Shown: positions 62,401-64,000 of the stretch, one piece after another | How positions within the stretch are numbered: the stretch's first letter is position 1 | Layout: every line of letters begins with the position of its first letter | Assembly (NCBI GenBank): GCA_964057225.1 | Contig: OZ059897.1 | Location: forward strand, 16,492,001 to 16,556,000 | Direction of reading: 5' to 3' | Length of the DNA: 64,000 nt | Source of the DNA: Auanema rhodensis | Taxonomy: Eukaryota > Animalia > Nematoda | Made by a program: the position numbers and the translations under genes | Notes under the pieces: generated by a model | Seen by the model: only the letters and a program-made list of their open reading frames with translations | Told to the model about the DNA's origin: nothing | The model's database searches: none

Positions 62401-64000
62401 TGTATAGCTCCATTGGCGCAGTTGGTTAGCGCGTGGTACTTATAAGTATAAGTGATGCCGAGGTCAGCAGTTCGATCCTGCTATGGAGCAAAGTTTTGGC
62501 TCGGGCTGGCGCCTAATGTTTTCTTGGTATCTATGAAAAACAGATTGTTCAGAATGTTTTTTGATTGTGTGTATAGCTCCATTGGCGCAGTTGGTTAGCG
62601 CGTGGTCCTTATAAGTATAAGTGATGCCGAGGTCAGCAGTTCGATCCTGCTATGGAGCAAAGTTTTGGCTCGGGCTGGCGCCTAATGTTTTCTTGGTATC
62701 TATGAAAAACAGATTGTTCAGAATGTTTTTTGATTGTGTCTATAGCTCCATTGGCGCAGTTGGTTAGCGCGTGGTACTTATAAGTATAAGTGATGCCGAG
62801 GTCAGCAGTTCGATCCTGCTATGGAGCAAAGTTTTGGCTCTGGCTGGCGCCTAATGTTTTCTTGGTATCTATGAAAAACAGATTGTTCAGAATGTTTTTT
62901 GATTGTGTCTATAGCTCCATTGGCGTAGTTGGTTAGCGCGTGGTACTTATAAGTATAAGTGATGCCGAGGTCAGCAGTTCGATCCTGCTATGGAGCAAAG
63001 TTTTAGCTCCGTTCGGCGCCTAATGTTTTCTTGGTATCCATGAAAAACAGATTGTTCAGAATGTTTTTTGATTGTGTCTATAGCTCCATTGGCGCAGTTG
63101 GTTAGCGCGTGGTACTTATAAGTATAAGTGATGCCGAGGTCAGCAGTTCGATCCTGCTATGGAGCAAAGTTTTGGCTCTGGCTGGCGCCTAATGTTTTCT
63201 TGGTATCTATGAAAAACAGATTGTTCAGAATGTTTTTTGATTGTGTGTATAGCTCCATTGGCGCAGTTGGTTAGCGCGTGGTACTTATAAGTATAAGTGA
63301 TGCCGAGGTCAGCAGTTCGATCCTGCTATGGAGCAAAGTTTTAGCTCCGTTCGGCGCCTAATGTTTTCTTGGTATCCATGAAAAACAGATTGTTCAGAAT
63401 GTTTTTTGATTGTGTCTATAGCTCCATTGGCGCAGTTGGTTAGCGCGTGGTACTTATAAGTATAAGTGATGCCGAGGTCAGCAGTTCGATCCTGCTATGG
63501 AGCAAAGTTTTGGCTCTGGCTGGCGCCTAATGTTTTCTTGGTATCTATGAAAAACAGATTGTTCAGAATGTTTTTTGATTGTGTGTATAGCTCCATTGGC
63601 GCAGTTGGTTAGCGCGTGGTACTTATAAGTATAAGTGATGCCGAGGTCAGCAGTTCGATCCTGCTATGGAGCAAAGTTTTGGCTCGGGCTGGCGCCTAAT
63701 GTTTTCTTGGTATCTATGAAAAACAGATTGTTCAGAATGTTTTTTGATTGTGTGTATAGCTCCATTGGCGCAGTTGGTTAGCGCGTGGTCCTTATAAGTA
63801 TAAGTGATGCCGAGGTCAGCAGTTCGATCCTGCTATGGAGCAAAGTTTTGGCTCGGGCTGGCGCCTAATGTTTTCTTGGTATCTATGAAAAACAGATTGT
63901 TCAGAATGTTTTTTGATTGTGTCTATAGCTCCATTGGCGCAGTTGGTTAGCGCGTGGTACTTATAAGTATAAGTGATGCCGAGGTCAGCAGTTCGATCCT
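53419..64000 (+). repeat. Tandem tRNA-Ile(UAU) array, right block: 62 complete genes, continues past window end
   Basis: tRNA starts at 53450+169n up to 63928 (exactly 62 periods). The last copy is cut by the window edge. Confidence 0.98.

Noticed and set aside
39185-64000. CRISPR array
   Set aside because: Spacers are near-identical rather than unique, the repeat is a tRNA gene, the context is eukaryotic and there are no cas genes.
39185-64000. tRNA-derived SINE array
   Set aside because: The unit holds a complete cloverleaf with intron and an immediate terminator. There is no SINE body, tail or TSD.

Overview
AT-rich eukaryotic DNA, almost certainly a rhabditid-type nematode: ~45-55 bp introns, TTTCAG/TTTTAG acceptors just before start codons, and operon-like gene spacing. 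The left 38.6 kb is gene-dense, with ten spliced genes: a TTC38-like gene (partial), a secreted two-domain defensin-like peptide, a GPI-anchored Ly6/ODR-2-family protein, a doublecortin-domain protein, REV1, NADK2, IPPK, an ACAP/CNT-1 ArfGAP, TPI and the CWC27 cyclophilin. Within ~200 bp of the CWC27 stop, decayed inverted repeat copies begin. After a fold-back junction they become a perfectly phased tandem array of a 169-bp unit carrying one intron-containing tRNA-Ile(UAU) gene. There are 112 complete copies (50 + 62) and the array runs off the window end. The array is interrupted at 47819-53418 by a 5.6-kb insert made of ~1.74 head-to-tail copies of an unrecognised 3212-bp unit. The insert has no target-site duplication and no transposase, RT or Rep that I can recognise. 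It carries a spliced orphan gene, two opposed TATA/poly(A) transcription units, many hairpins and a motif shared with the array spacer. This insert is the best candidate for an undescribed system. Exon boundaries were read by eye, and gene names rest on recalled motifs rather than database searches.
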